Source: Candidatus Brocadiia bacterium (GTDB taxonomy: Bacteria > Planctomycetota > Brocadiia > CAIUPP01). Taken from it: DNA of 64,000 nucleotides. Positions within the stretch are counted from its first letter, which is position 1; each line of letters begins with the position of its first letter. The stretch spans positions 52,036 to 116,035 of the forward strand of contig JBEKCB010000012.1 in assembly GCA_050015075.1 (NCBI GenBank), given 5' to 3'. A program made the position numbers and the translations under genes. Positions 27,561 to 37,220 of this stretch are shown piece after piece. The notes beneath the pieces were generated by a model. The model searched no databases and was not told the origin of the DNA. It worked only from the letters and a program-made list of their open reading frames with translations.

Positions 27561-28612
27561 CGGATCGCAACCGCTTTTCCCTTCGCCGCCGAGGCGTAGA
27601 TTGCGTCGGTGATCTGCTGCACGACCAGCGCCTGCTCGAGCGAAGTCTTCGGCGCGCGCCCTTCGCGGATGGCCGCTGCGAAATCCTGGACCGGGCTATG
27701 GAGAGGAGTGTCCCAGGCTTCAGCTCCCTGCCAGAGCGTGCGGGTGGAAACGCCCGTCTCCGGGGACGACTCGTCAGCGAGGATTTTCTTCTCGCTCGCG
27801 GGGATCATGTGCAGGCGCAGGGAGGCCTTCGAGCCGACGATACGCCAGGAATCTTCGGTCGCCGCCGCGCAGTACTCGCCGCGTTCGAACGAGATCATCT
27901 CTCCGCCTTCGCAGCGGATGATGCAGGCGAAATGCGTCTCCGCGTCGGAGCCGGGCGCCACGTGCGACAGAAGCTCCGGCGCAATCGTCCAGGTCTGCGC
28001 GAGGACGACGCTGGGCTTCAGCGTCCATCCGCACAGGCCCAGCAGATAGTCCAGGTCGTAGCAGCCCCAGTTGACCAGGATGCCGCCGCCGTTGAGGCTC
28101 TTGATCAGCCGCCAGGCCGGCGGCGCGCTCTTGGGCGTCCCATGGTCCGGCCCGATGCAGCGGCACTGCACCGCGCGGATCGTCCCCAGCGCGCCGGAGG
28201 CGATGTACTGCGCGGCTGCCTGCGCCGACGGCTGGAACCGCATGCGCGACGAGCAGCACCCGGCCACGAGACGGCCCTGCGCGGCGATCAGCTTCTTCAC
28301 CTCGCGCGCGTTCATCGCCACCGGCTTTTCCGTCAGCACGTGCTTGCCCCTGGCGAAGGCCTTCAGCGCCAGCCTCAGCCGCGGCGCCGCCGGGACCGCC
28401 AGCACCACCGCTTCGATGCGTTTGTCCTTCAGCAGCGCGTTGGCATTCGTGTAGACCACCGGGACTCCGAAGGCCGCCGCCGTCTGCTTGGCCACTTCCT
28501 CGCGCACGTCGGCTACTGCAACCACCTCGATCTGCGGCGAGGCCTTCGCCGCTCTCAGATGATGCTGCGCAATCACGCCGCATCCGATCACGCCAAGCCG
28601 TACGGGATCCAT
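27557..28612 (-). CDS. Gfo/Idh/MocA family oxidoreductase
   Basis: LGVIGCGVIA, VAVAD, GKHVLTEKP, GGGILVNWGCYDLD. Confidence 0.9.
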   Translation of the reverse strand: MDPVRLGVIGCGVIAQHHLRAAKASPQIEVVAVADVREEVAKQTAAAFGVPVVYTNANALLKDKRIEAVVLAVPAAPRLRLALKAFARGKHVLTEKPVAMNAREVKKLIAAQGRLVAGCCSSRMRFQPSAQAAAQYIASGALGTIRAVQCRCIGPDHGTPKSAPPAWRLIKSLNGGGILVNWGCYDLDYLLGLCGWTLKPSVVLAQTWTIAPELLSHVAPGSDAETHFACIIRCEGGEMISFERGEYCAAATEDSWRIVGSKASLRLHMIPASEKKILADESSPETGVSTRTLWQGAEAWDTPLHSPVQDFAAAIREGRAPKTSLEQALVVQQITDAIYASAAKGKAVAIR

Positions 28613-28662
28613 GATCTCACCTTTCTGCGTGAATTCTGCGAACCGGGGTCGGCGAAGGTCAC

Positions 28663-28691
28663 ATTCTGACGATTGAACTTACCCTCGTCAA
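28663..28691 (-). promoter_or_regulatory. Sigma70-like promoter TTGACG-N17-CAGAAT
   Basis: Upstream of the Gfo/Idh/MocA-led run; shares TCAnTCGTCAGAATGTG with 47878..47906. Confidence 0.6.
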
Positions 28692-31201
28692 GTGTCCCCG
28701 CGGCGACTGCGCGTCCGCACGTGCAATAAAATCAGCAACGCGACGGCGAGGCATCCGGCCGCGCTCGCCGCCACGCCCGCCCGGAAGCTCGCGGGCCTGT
28801 AAAGGAACCGGACTTCGTGCGCGCCTTTGGGAACCGCCACCGCGCGCATGACATAATTCGCCTGCAGGATTTCCACCGGCCGGCCGTCCACCGTCGCCTC
28901 CCAGCCCGGGTAGAAAAGGTCGCTCAGCACCAGCAGCGCCGGCGCGGCGGCCCGGACTTTGATGTCCACGCGCGCCGGCTCGTACCGCACGATCTCCGGC
29001 ATGGCCTCCGCCGCCGACGGTTCCTCGACGGCGCAGCCGGGCTGCTTCTCGAAGAGCGCCATTTTCTCGTAATTGAACCGCGAGAGCAGCGCCAGCACTT
29101 CCTGGTCATCGCGTCTAACGGCATAGCTGTGAACCAGCCAGGCGCGCGGCCAGGAGTCGGGGAGTTCGTCAATGCGGATCTGCTCGTCCTGGTAAACCGT
29201 GCGGAGACCCTCGATCTGCAGCATCGGGTAAGAGGCATAGGCGACGAGGTAGCGCAGGTTGAGCATCCGCAAGGGCGTCCGGAGGCTGTAAATGCGGTAG
29301 GCGGTGAGCAGCCCGCCCTTCATGTGCTCGTACAGTTCCTTGCTCTGCAGCGACCAGAAGACGTCGCGGAATCTCCCCGGGACAAGCGACTGGACGCCCT
29401 CGATGCAGGCGAAGCGATGCGTCATGCCCTCGCACGACGGGAGTGCTATGCAGCCGCCGCGCGCGAAACGGAATGGCTCGGATCTCTCCGCCAGGAACTC
29501 CACGGCGCCCGGCGAGAGGCCGCCCTTCCGCGGGTCGAAGGTTTCCAGATACCGCTGTCCGAACGTCCAGGCGTCAATCGCCACCAGCGCCAGCAGCACC
29601 CCGGTTGCCCAGGCGGGCTTGACGCGCGACTGAAGCGCAAGCCGGACCAGGCCCGCCAGCGCGCCGAGGAAGAGTCCCGCGCGCAGCAGACTCAGGCCGG
29701 CGGCGCGCATCGCGGCCAGCTTGAAGTCCGCCGATGGCGTCCACTCATGCAAGTACGCGCGCGCGTTGGGCGCGGCCTTCAACATGGCATCCATGAATCG
29801 CACCCACGCCGCCCGGCTGAACCCGGCTTCCGAGCACAGCACCCCACCGAGCAGGATCAGCAGCGCCGCCAGGCAAGCCAGGATCCACATCCCGTGCCCG
29901 TTGGCGCGCGTGATGCGCTTCTCCGCCTCCACCGAAACGCCCTCCGGCTCCGCGGCCGATACTGCAATGCCGTCCGCGCCGAGTCCGGCCAGCAGGCCCA
30001 TGAAGAGGCTGACCGGACACAGCCAACGCCCCTGCGCGCGGAACAGGTCGAAGCCCGGGAGCAGGCCGAAAAAAACCGCGTCCCCGGCCATCGCCAGCAG
30101 CAGGCAGATGAGCGCGATGCAGCCGGGCAGAAAAGCCTTTCCCCGCCTGCCACGGAGAAGCGCGATGAGCGCCAGCCCGAACGCGGCCACGCCGACATAC
30201 GGCGAGGTCTCCCAAAGGTACCATCGTCCCCAGTATCGCACGCCGACGTCCGTCCCGAAGAAATCCGGCGCGACGAAGCTCAACAGCCCTTCCGGCACGA
30301 ACGAGTACTCGGCGACCGAGGCGTAGCTGTGCGGACTCCGGCGCGACGAAACGGAGAAGAGTTCCAGAGTCGGCATCAACTGCACACCCGCCAGCGCCGA
30401 CCCGAGCAAGTAGATCAGCACGAAGCTGCCGATCACGCGCGCCGCGCCGCGCGCGCCGAGTTCGCGCCGCTGCCATAGCCGCCCGACCAGGTACAACACG
30501 GCCGTGATCCCGCCATAGAAGGCGTATTGCGGATTTCCGCCGAACCACTCCATCGCCACCGCCACCGCGCCGAGCACGATCGCGAGCGGCTGAAATCCGT
30601 CGCCGACGAGTATCTCCACGCAGAGCAGGATGCACGGAATCCACGGCATCGGTGCGAGGACGCTCCAGTGCCCCACGAAGATCCGGAGGATCTGCGGCGC
30701 GCCGAAGACGTACGTCGCCGCCGCGACGATCGCGCCGATCCACCTCAGCCCGAACCGCCGCGCCCAGAGATACGTGAACAGGCCCGAGAGAAACAGGTTG
30801 AGGATGATCCCGAGGTTGATCGCGCGGCACAGCGGCAGAACCGCGCAAAGCCAGTTGGTCGGGTAGAACATCGCCGACTGCAGGCTGGCGACGAACGGCA
30901 TCCCGAGGAGTTCGTAGGGATTCCAGAGCGGGAACCGCCCCGCGCGTATCTCGCCGAAGCCGTAGGCGCGCCATCCGTAGAACTGGTCCTGCGCATCCAA
31001 ACCAGCGCGCCCCAGGCATCGTTCGCCCGGCATCGTCAGGATGCCGTTGAAGAAAATCAACAGGAATACGAGGAAGCCCCCGAGGACAAAAACGTCCCGG
31101 CGGGTGATGGAGACCGGCGCAGGCGGACGCCCCGGCGCCTCCCTCAGCTTCCTGTCGCGCTCGCCGCCGCGCTTCGCCGAATCCGGCTCAAGTATTCCCA
31201 T
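28688..31201 (-). CDS. YfhO-family polytopic membrane protein (GT-C-like)
   Basis: GRFPLWNPY..GMPF, MFYP, many TM segments, PRAWLV, LLVLSDLFYPGWEATVDG, ANYVMRAV.VPKGAHEV.F.YRP. Confidence 0.88.
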   Translation of the reverse strand: MGILEPDSAKRGGERDRKLREAPGRPPAPVSITRRDVFVLGGFLVFLLIFFNGILTMPGERCLGRAGLDAQDQFYGWRAYGFGEIRAGRFPLWNPYELLGMPFVASLQSAMFYPTNWLCAVLPLCRAINLGIILNLFLSGLFTYLWARRFGLRWIGAIVAAATYVFGAPQILRIFVGHWSVLAPMPWIPCILLCVEILVGDGFQPLAIVLGAVAVAMEWFGGNPQYAFYGGITAVLYLVGRLWQRRELGARGAARVIGSFVLIYLLGSALAGVQLMPTLELFSVSSRRSPHSYASVAEYSFVPEGLLSFVAPDFFGTDVGVRYWGRWYLWETSPYVGVAAFGLALIALLRGRRGKAFLPGCIALICLLLAMAGDAVFFGLLPGFDLFRAQGRWLCPVSLFMGLLAGLGADGIAVSAAEPEGVSVEAEKRITRANGHGMWILACLAALLILLGGVLCSEAGFSRAAWVRFMDAMLKAAPNARAYLHEWTPSADFKLAAMRAAGLSLLRAGLFLGALAGLVRLALQSRVKPAWATGVLLALVAIDAWTFGQRYLETFDPRKGGLSPGAVEFLAERSEPFRFARGGCIALPSCEGMTHRFACIEGVQSLVPGRFRDVFWSLQSKELYEHMKGGLLTAYRIYSLRTPLRMLNLRYLVAYASYPMLQIEGLRTVYQDEQIRIDELPDSWPRAWLVHSYAVRRDDQEVLALLSRFNYEKMALFEKQPGCAVEEPSAAEAMPEIVRYEPARVDIKVRAAAPALLVLSDLFYPGWEATVDGRPVEILQANYVMRAVAVPKGAHEVRFLYRPASFRAGVAASAAGCLAVALLILLHVRTRSRRGDT

Positions 31202-33611
31202 GGCGCCTCCGCGTCCACAAGCGCAGGGAAATCAGCAATGCGACCGCCAGACATCCGGCCGCGCTCGCCGCCACGCCCACGCGGAAGCTGGCGGGCCTGT
31301 AGAGGAACCGGACTTCGTGCGCGCCTTTGGGAACCGGCACCGCGCGCATGGCGTAATTCGCCTCCAGGATTTCCGCGGGATGGCCGTCCACCGTCGCCTC
31401 CCAGCCGGGGTAGAAAAGGTCGCTCAGCACCAGCAACGCCGGCGCGGCGGCCTGGACTTTGATGTCCACGCGCGTCGGCTCGTACCGCACGATCTCCGGC
31501 ATGGTCTCCGCCGCCGACGGCTCCTCGACGGCGCAGCCGGGATCGTCCTCGAAGAGCGCCATTTTCTTGTAATCGAACCGCGAGAGCAGCGCCAGCACTT
31601 CCATGCTGTCGCGTCTCACGGCATAGCGGTGGACCAGCCAGGCGCGCGGCCAGGGATTGGGCAGTTCGTCAATGCGGATCTGCGGGTCCTGGTAAACCGT
31701 GCGGAGTCCCTCGATCTGTAGTTTAGGGGAGGAAGCATATGCGACGAGGTAGCGCAGGTTGAGCATCCGCAATGCCGTCTGAAGGCTGAAAATGCAATAG
31801 GGGCTGAGCTGCCCGCGCTTCATCTGCTCATACAATTCCTTGCTCTGCAGCGACCAGAAGACGTCGCGGAATCTCGACGGGGCATTCGGCTGGACCCCCT
31901 CGATGCAGGCGAAGCGATGCGTCATACCCTCGCACGGCGGCAGCTCGAAGCAGGCGCCGCGGCAGAAACGGAACGGCTCGGGCCTGTTCGCCAGAAAATC
32001 CACGGCGCCCGGCGAGAGGCCGTCCCGCCGCGGGTCGAAGGTCGCCAGGTACCGCTGTCCGAAAGTCCAGGCGTCAATCGCCAGCAGCAGCAGCAGCGCC
32101 CCGGCGATCCAGCCCAATTTGACCCGCGACGACCGCGCGAGCCGGATCAGGCCCGCCAGCGCGCCGAGGAAGAGTCCCGCGCGCAGCATGCTCAGGCCAG
32201 CGGCGCGCATCGCCGCCAGCTTGAACTCCGCCGACGGCGTCCACCAGTGAAGGTACACGCGCTCCCTGGGCGCGATCTTGAGCATGGAGTCCATGAACCG
32301 CACCCACGCCGTCCGGCCGAACCCGACGTCCGAACACAGCGCCCCGCCGGCCAGGACCAGCAGCATCGCCAGGCAAACCAGGATCCACATGCCGTGGCCG
32401 TTGGCGCGGCCCTCAGCCTTCACAGCCGATGCCGCGATGCCGTCCGCGCCGAGCCCGGCCAGCAGGCCGATGAAGAGGCTCACCGGACACAGCCAGCGCG
32501 CCTGCGCCCGGAACAGGTCGAAGCCCGGGAGCAGCCCGAAAAACACCGCATCACCGGCCATCGCCAGCAGCAGGCAGATCAGCGCGATGCAACCGGGCAG
32601 GAAGGCCCTTCCTCGCCTGCCCCGGAGAAGCGCAATGAACGCCAGCCCGAACGCCACGACGCCGACGTACGGCGACATCTCCCAAAGGTTCCATCGTCCC
32701 CAGAACCGCACGCCGACGTCGTTCCCGAAAATATCCGGCACGAGGAAGCTCAGCAGCCCTTCCGGCACGAATGCGTATTGCCGGACCCAGCCATAGCTGA
32801 GTTGGCCCCGACGCGCGGAGACGGAGAAGAGCTCCAGCGCCGGCATCAATTGCACGCCCGCCAGCACCGACCCGAGCACGTAGATCAGCACGAAGCTGCC
32901 GATCACGCGCGCCGCGCCGCGCAGGCCGAGTTCGCGCCGCTGCCACAGCCGACCGCCCAGGTACAGCACGGCGGCGATCCCGCCGTAAAAGGCATATTGC
33001 GGATTTCCGCCGAACCACTCCATCGCCACCGCCGCCGCGCCGAGCACGATGGCGAGCGGCTGAAACCCGCCGGAGACGAACATCTCCACGCAGAGCAGGA
33101 CGCACGGAATCCACGGCATCATCGCGAGGAAGTCCCAGTGCCCCGCGAAGATGTGGAGGATCTGCGGCGCGCCGAAGACGTACGTCGCCGCGGCGACGAT
33201 CGCGCCGATCCACCTCAGCCCGAACCGCCGCGCCCAGAGATACGTGAACAGGCCCGAGAGAAACAGGTTGAGGATGATCCCCAGATTCATCGCGAGGCAC
33301 AGCGGCAGCACGGCGCAAAGCCAACTCGTCGGATAGAACATCGCCGACTGCAGAGTGGCGACGAACGGCATCCCGAGGAACTCATAAGGATTCCAGAGCG
33401 GGAACCGCCCGGCGCGGACTTCGCCGAAGCCGTACGCGCGCGCGCCGTAGAACAAGTTCTGCGCATCCGAACCGGCAGCCCCCAGGCATCGTTCGCCCGG
33501 CTGCGCCAGCACACCGAGGAAGAAGAGCAGGAGGAAAAGGAGGAAACCGGCCAGGACATAGCCGTCCCGGCGGTCCAGCTTAGAATAGCCGCTTGCGGAA
33601 AGTGGAGACAC
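31188..33611 (-). CDS. YfhO-family polytopic membrane protein, tandem paralog
   Basis: Same motifs; long stretches are near-identical to 28688..31201. Confidence 0.88.
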   Translation of the reverse strand: MSPLSASGYSKLDRRDGYVLAGFLLFLLLFFLGVLAQPGERCLGAAGSDAQNLFYGARAYGFGEVRAGRFPLWNPYEFLGMPFVATLQSAMFYPTSWLCAVLPLCLAMNLGIILNLFLSGLFTYLWARRFGLRWIGAIVAAATYVFGAPQILHIFAGHWDFLAMMPWIPCVLLCVEMFVSGGFQPLAIVLGAAAVAMEWFGGNPQYAFYGGIAAVLYLGGRLWQRRELGLRGAARVIGSFVLIYVLGSVLAGVQLMPALELFSVSARRGQLSYGWVRQYAFVPEGLLSFLVPDIFGNDVGVRFWGRWNLWEMSPYVGVVAFGLAFIALLRGRRGRAFLPGCIALICLLLAMAGDAVFFGLLPGFDLFRAQARWLCPVSLFIGLLAGLGADGIAASAVKAEGRANGHGMWILVCLAMLLVLAGGALCSDVGFGRTAWVRFMDSMLKIAPRERVYLHWWTPSAEFKLAAMRAAGLSMLRAGLFLGALAGLIRLARSSRVKLGWIAGALLLLLAIDAWTFGQRYLATFDPRRDGLSPGAVDFLANRPEPFRFCRGACFELPPCEGMTHRFACIEGVQPNAPSRFRDVFWSLQSKELYEQMKRGQLSPYCIFSLQTALRMLNLRYLVAYASSPKLQIEGLRTVYQDPQIRIDELPNPWPRAWLVHRYAVRRDSMEVLALLSRFDYKKMALFEDDPGCAVEEPSAAETMPEIVRYEPTRVDIKVQAAAPALLVLSDLFYPGWEATVDGHPAEILEANYAMRAVPVPKGAHEVRFLYRPASFRVGVAASAAGCLAVALLISLRLWTRRRHGNT

Positions 33612-33716
33612 GATACTTTGGTCCGTGTGGCTCAGAACGGGAACTCAGCGGCCGTTTGCAGGACTCTACCACGAGGCGCTGACAACCGCAACAGGGCTCG
33701 CGCGAGGCGGAAATTC

Positions 33717-33745
33717 TTGACACTCCGCATGCGCGGGGTTATATA
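33717..33745 (+). promoter_or_regulatory. Sigma70-like promoter TTGACA-N17-TATATA
   Basis: About 40 nt upstream of the M24-like gene start. Confidence 0.6.
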
Positions 33746-33785
33746 GACGCCAGAATCCGCCCGAGTGTTTCCGTTGGAGACTCGT

Positions 33786-35258
33786 ATGACTGAATCCTTC
33801 GCCGAGAAACTCCGCAAGCTGGAAATCATCGTGGAACGCGCGCCCGGGATCGAACGGCGGTATGGCATCTCGCGCGAGGAGTTCGTCGCGCGCCGCCGGA
33901 AGGTCTGGACAGCCGTCCAAAACCAGGCCGAGGTTGACGTGGCCTTTGCCTTCTCCGACGAGCACTACAGCGGCGAGGTCCCCTATCTCGGCGGGAACAC
34001 CAACTACTCCATCGAACAAGTCGCCTTCGGCCTCGGCCCCGACCCGTTCCGTTCCGGCATCATCGCCGGCTTTGAAGGCGTCTATGTCGCCGGCCAACTG
34101 GCCCCGCGCGCGGGCGTGGCCGTCTATCCGACCGAATCGCTCCAACTGGCCGACGAGAAGTACCCGGTCGAAGGCTTCTCCCTCAAGGACATCCTGCAGA
34201 GAATCGCCGGGAAAGAGCCGCGGCGCATCGGACTGCTGACGCCGCGCCAGGTGATTCCCGAAGGAGTGGTCGCCCATCTCGAAAGTCTTGTCGGGCCGCA
34301 GAACGTCGTGGACGTGCAGCGTCCCTTCCAGCAGGTCAAGAACCTGAAGTCCGATGCGGAGATGAAGCTTCTGGCGGACGCCGCCTATGTCTCTTCGCTG
34401 GCGCTGCGGGCGATGCTCGCGGTGACGGAGCCGGGGATGGACGAGACGCAAGTGGCCGCTTTCGGGGATATGCTCGCCAAGTGGATGGGCTGCGAGCGCA
34501 AGGGGTTTGAGACCATCGTCGGCTCCGACAGCGCGTGCGTCACCATGATTGGCCCGGCCTTGAACCGGCCGATCCAGGAGAACGCGCCTTTGCACCTGGG
34601 CGTTTCTTATAAGCGCGATGGCTTGACGGCCTGCGTTCGCCGGAGCGTATTCTCTTCCGCCGACATTCCACCCTGCCAGGCCTATTTCCGCGACCTGGTC
34701 GAGGCCGCCTTCCGCGTGGGATTCGACGCCTATGTTAATGTGGTCCGAAATCGCCAGGCCGCCAGGCAGCAGGAGCAGGCCCTGGTGGACTTCTTCAATG
34801 AACACACGCTCGAAGCTCTAGAGGTCGTGCGGCGGCAGTTCGGCGAAGCGGCGGCCCGGCGCGTTCACATGCACCTCCATGAGGCGCTCGCCGGCATCGG
34901 CCCGGGCCTGTCGCGATTGAAACCGTACACCGGCACCCACAACGCCGGCTATACGGAATGCCAGGAGTTCTACGGGGCCATCACCCTCGAATCGGACAGT
35001 CCCCTGGACGAGCAGGTGGTCACCATGCTCGACGTGGCCCTCCGCGGCCGCAGCAGCCGATGGACCGGAAGCGAGTTCGAGCCGGTCCTGCCGGGCTTCG
35101 ACTACTGGGTAGTGGAGGATACGTTGGGCAAGTACGGGACCACCGTCAAGAACCTGACCGGCGAGCTGCAACCGGATGGAGAACTGGCGCGCGCCGCAGG
35201 CCGGATGCCCGTCAACGTTCAGCGCCTCGTCGGCAACGTTGCGGAGTTCGTCCGATAA
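33786..35258 (+). CDS. M24 (Xaa-Pro peptidase/creatinase)-fold protein with atypical active site
   Basis: ISREEFVARRRKV, VPYLGG, KNLKSDAEMKLL, PGMDETQVA, GTHNAG, WVVEDT; GGAGA RBS. Confidence 0.75.
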   Translation: MTESFAEKLRKLEIIVERAPGIERRYGISREEFVARRRKVWTAVQNQAEVDVAFAFSDEHYSGEVPYLGGNTNYSIEQVAFGLGPDPFRSGIIAGFEGVYVAGQLAPRAGVAVYPTESLQLADEKYPVEGFSLKDILQRIAGKEPRRIGLLTPRQVIPEGVVAHLESLVGPQNVVDVQRPFQQVKNLKSDAEMKLLADAAYVSSLALRAMLAVTEPGMDETQVAAFGDMLAKWMGCERKGFETIVGSDSACVTMIGPALNRPIQENAPLHLGVSYKRDGLTACVRRSVFSSADIPPCQAYFRDLVEAAFRVGFDAYVNVVRNRQAARQQEQALVDFFNEHTLEALEVVRRQFGEAAARRVHMHLHEALAGIGPGLSRLKPYTGTHNAGYTECQEFYGAITLESDSPLDEQVVTMLDVALRGRSSRWTGSEFEPVLPGFDYWVVEDTLGKYGTTVKNLTGELQPDGELARAAGRMPVNVQRLVGNVAEFVR

Positions 35259-35283
35259 GCAGGCCCCTGAAGCGCGCGGCTGC

Positions 35284-36558
35284 TCAGTGGGCGGCTTCGG
35301 AAGCTCGGCCGTAGCGCGCGACCCATTCCGGCGTGCCGGCCAGGCCGCCCCAACCGGCCGGATCAAGGTTGGCTTCAAAGATCTTCCGCAGCGTCGGGTC
35401 ATAGGGCGCCAGGGCGGTCCAAAGCACTCCCGGCCCGTTGGCCCAGCGCGGGTCGGGCTTTTCGCCGTCAATCCGCTGGAACTTCGCGCCCTTGATCTGC
35501 TTGTTCCACATGTAGTCCCGGTTCGTGGCGATCAGGCGGGCGATGTCCTCCTTCGTGAAGACCAGGCCATGCTCGTACGCCGCCACGATCCCTGCGACAT
35601 CCGCAGAGTAGTACCCGCCGTTCGGATGCACGCCCACCCAATGCTTGAGAGAGCCGTCCGGCTTGTGGTCCCACGGCCCGGCCGGATCCCAGTAATCCCA
35701 GACGAAGTACTTGCCGTCGTCCCGGAGCTTCATGCGGGATTTCTGCACGCGCTCCCATTTCTCGGCGCGTTCCAGGTAGATCGCCTTGTGGGTCACGTCG
35801 TGCATGGCAAGGAGCCACAGGACGATCTGGTTTTCCTTGTTATCCGGCAGGGAGATGCCGCCCTTGTTTCTATCCTCGTATCCCGCGCTCCACTTGCCGG
35901 TCTTGGGGTCAAGCCCGACGATCGGTGTGACGTAGAGTCCGCCTTCCTTCGTCTCGCGCCAGGCGCCGCGCGAATCCCATTTCTCGAACGTCCGTTCGGA
36001 AAGCCGGAGGTATTCCTCGGCCTTGGCGCCGTACTCTTTCTTCAGGGCCGGCGTCTTGAGAATCTCGCCGGCCATCAGCACCAGCGGGCGAAGGAACATC
36101 TCCTCGCCCAACTGGCTGTCCGTAATCGTGTCGGCGCCCTCGACGCCGGCCTGGCTTTGCTCGCTCGCGAACTTCTTGGGCCACCCGATGTATCCGTCCG
36201 GCTCCTTCACGCCGCGCTTGATGACGGAGTCGCCCCAATCTATCAGCCGGTCCACCCATTCGTGGTCGCCGGTGGCCATGTAGCCATAGTAGAAGCCGTC
36301 CAGAAACGGAGTGACCAGCCAGCCGATCTCCTCGCCCATTTCCTTATCGCAATAGCGGTTTCGGCTGTCGCTGATGATGTTCTGCTTCCAGCGCTGCATC
36401 CACTCCTGGGCGACCGCCGGATCCATGGCGGGTCCCGCCGGAGCGGCCGCTGCCGTGGCCGCGTCCTTCGTCTGGCCCTGGGCGACGGAGAAGTTGCATG
36501 AAAGCACCAACGCGAGGAGCAGTCCGCAGAGCGCGCCGCAATGCAATCCATGTGACAT
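35284..36558 (-). CDS. Secreted hypothetical protein, paralog B1
   Basis: Signal peptide; MGEEIGW, FYYGYMATGD, KEPDGYIGWP, PDNKEN, PAGPWDHKPDGSLKHWVGVHPNGGYY, AAYEHGLVF. Confidence 0.85.
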   Translation of the reverse strand: MSHGLHCGALCGLLLALVLSCNFSVAQGQTKDAATAAAAPAGPAMDPAVAQEWMQRWKQNIISDSRNRYCDKEMGEEIGWLVTPFLDGFYYGYMATGDHEWVDRLIDWGDSVIKRGVKEPDGYIGWPKKFASEQSQAGVEGADTITDSQLGEEMFLRPLVLMAGEILKTPALKKEYGAKAEEYLRLSERTFEKWDSRGAWRETKEGGLYVTPIVGLDPKTGKWSAGYEDRNKGGISLPDNKENQIVLWLLAMHDVTHKAIYLERAEKWERVQKSRMKLRDDGKYFVWDYWDPAGPWDHKPDGSLKHWVGVHPNGGYYSADVAGIVAAYEHGLVFTKEDIARLIATNRDYMWNKQIKGAKFQRIDGEKPDPRWANGPGVLWTALAPYDPTLRKIFEANLDPAGWGGLAGTPEWVARYGRASEAAH

Positions 36559-36631
36559 GTTGGCCCTTTCAGAGGAGCTGCAAGGACGATGGAACTTGCC
36601 TGTGTCTCGAATCCCGCTGCGTTCGTGTCTG

Positions 36632-36658
36632 ATTATCACAAGGGCGCGGTGAAGTCAA
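36632..36658 (-). promoter_or_regulatory. Putative promoter TTGACT-N15-GATAAT of paralog B1
   Basis: Conserved in four places in the window. Confidence 0.55.
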
Positions 36659-36674
36659 ACCGTCGCCGCCGCCT

Positions 36675-37220
36675 TCAACCCGCGACCTTTTTCTCCGCCG
36701 ACTTCGCGCGGTACTTCGCCAGCAGGACCGGCACCTGCTCGGGCGTCATGCGGCCATGGACCTCGTTGTCCACCATCACGACCGGGGCCAGGCCGCAGGT
36801 GCCGAGGCAGCGCGCGGCTTCGAGGGTGAACATGCCGTCCTTGCTCGTCTCGCCGAAGTCCACGCCCAGTTCCGCTTTGAGGCGCGCCGCGATCTCGCTG
36901 CCGCCTTTGACGTAGCACGCGGTGCCGAGGCACGCATTGATGATGAATTTGCCCGACGGCCGCAGGCGAAAGAAGTGATAGAAGCTCGCGACGCCGGTCA
37001 CTTTCGCCGTCGGTATCTGCAGGAGTTGCGCCACGGCGTCCATCTGCGCGCGGCCGAGGTAGCCGAAATGCCCCTGCACTTTGTGCAGCACGCTGATCAA
37101 CTGGCTCTTCGGCTCGGGGCCGCGGAGCACCTCCTCGATGTATTTGACGATGGGCTCGGGCAGCGCGGCGCGGCTGACTTTCTCAACCTGGCGCCGGTTA
37201 TCGGTCGGGCTCTTGATCAT
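36675..37220 (-). CDS. hydC: [FeFe]-hydrogenase gamma subunit (NuoE-like, 2Fe-2S)
   Basis: LISVLHKVQGHFGYL, GVASFYHFF, CLGTACYVKG, RCLGTCGLAPV. Confidence 0.9.
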   Translation of the reverse strand: MIKSPTDNRRQVEKVSRAALPEPIVKYIEEVLRGPEPKSQLISVLHKVQGHFGYLGRAQMDAVAQLLQIPTAKVTGVASFYHFFRLRPSGKFIINACLGTACYVKGGSEIAARLKAELGVDFGETSKDGMFTLEAARCLGTCGLAPVVMVDNEVHGRMTPEQVPVLLAKYRAKSAEKKVAG

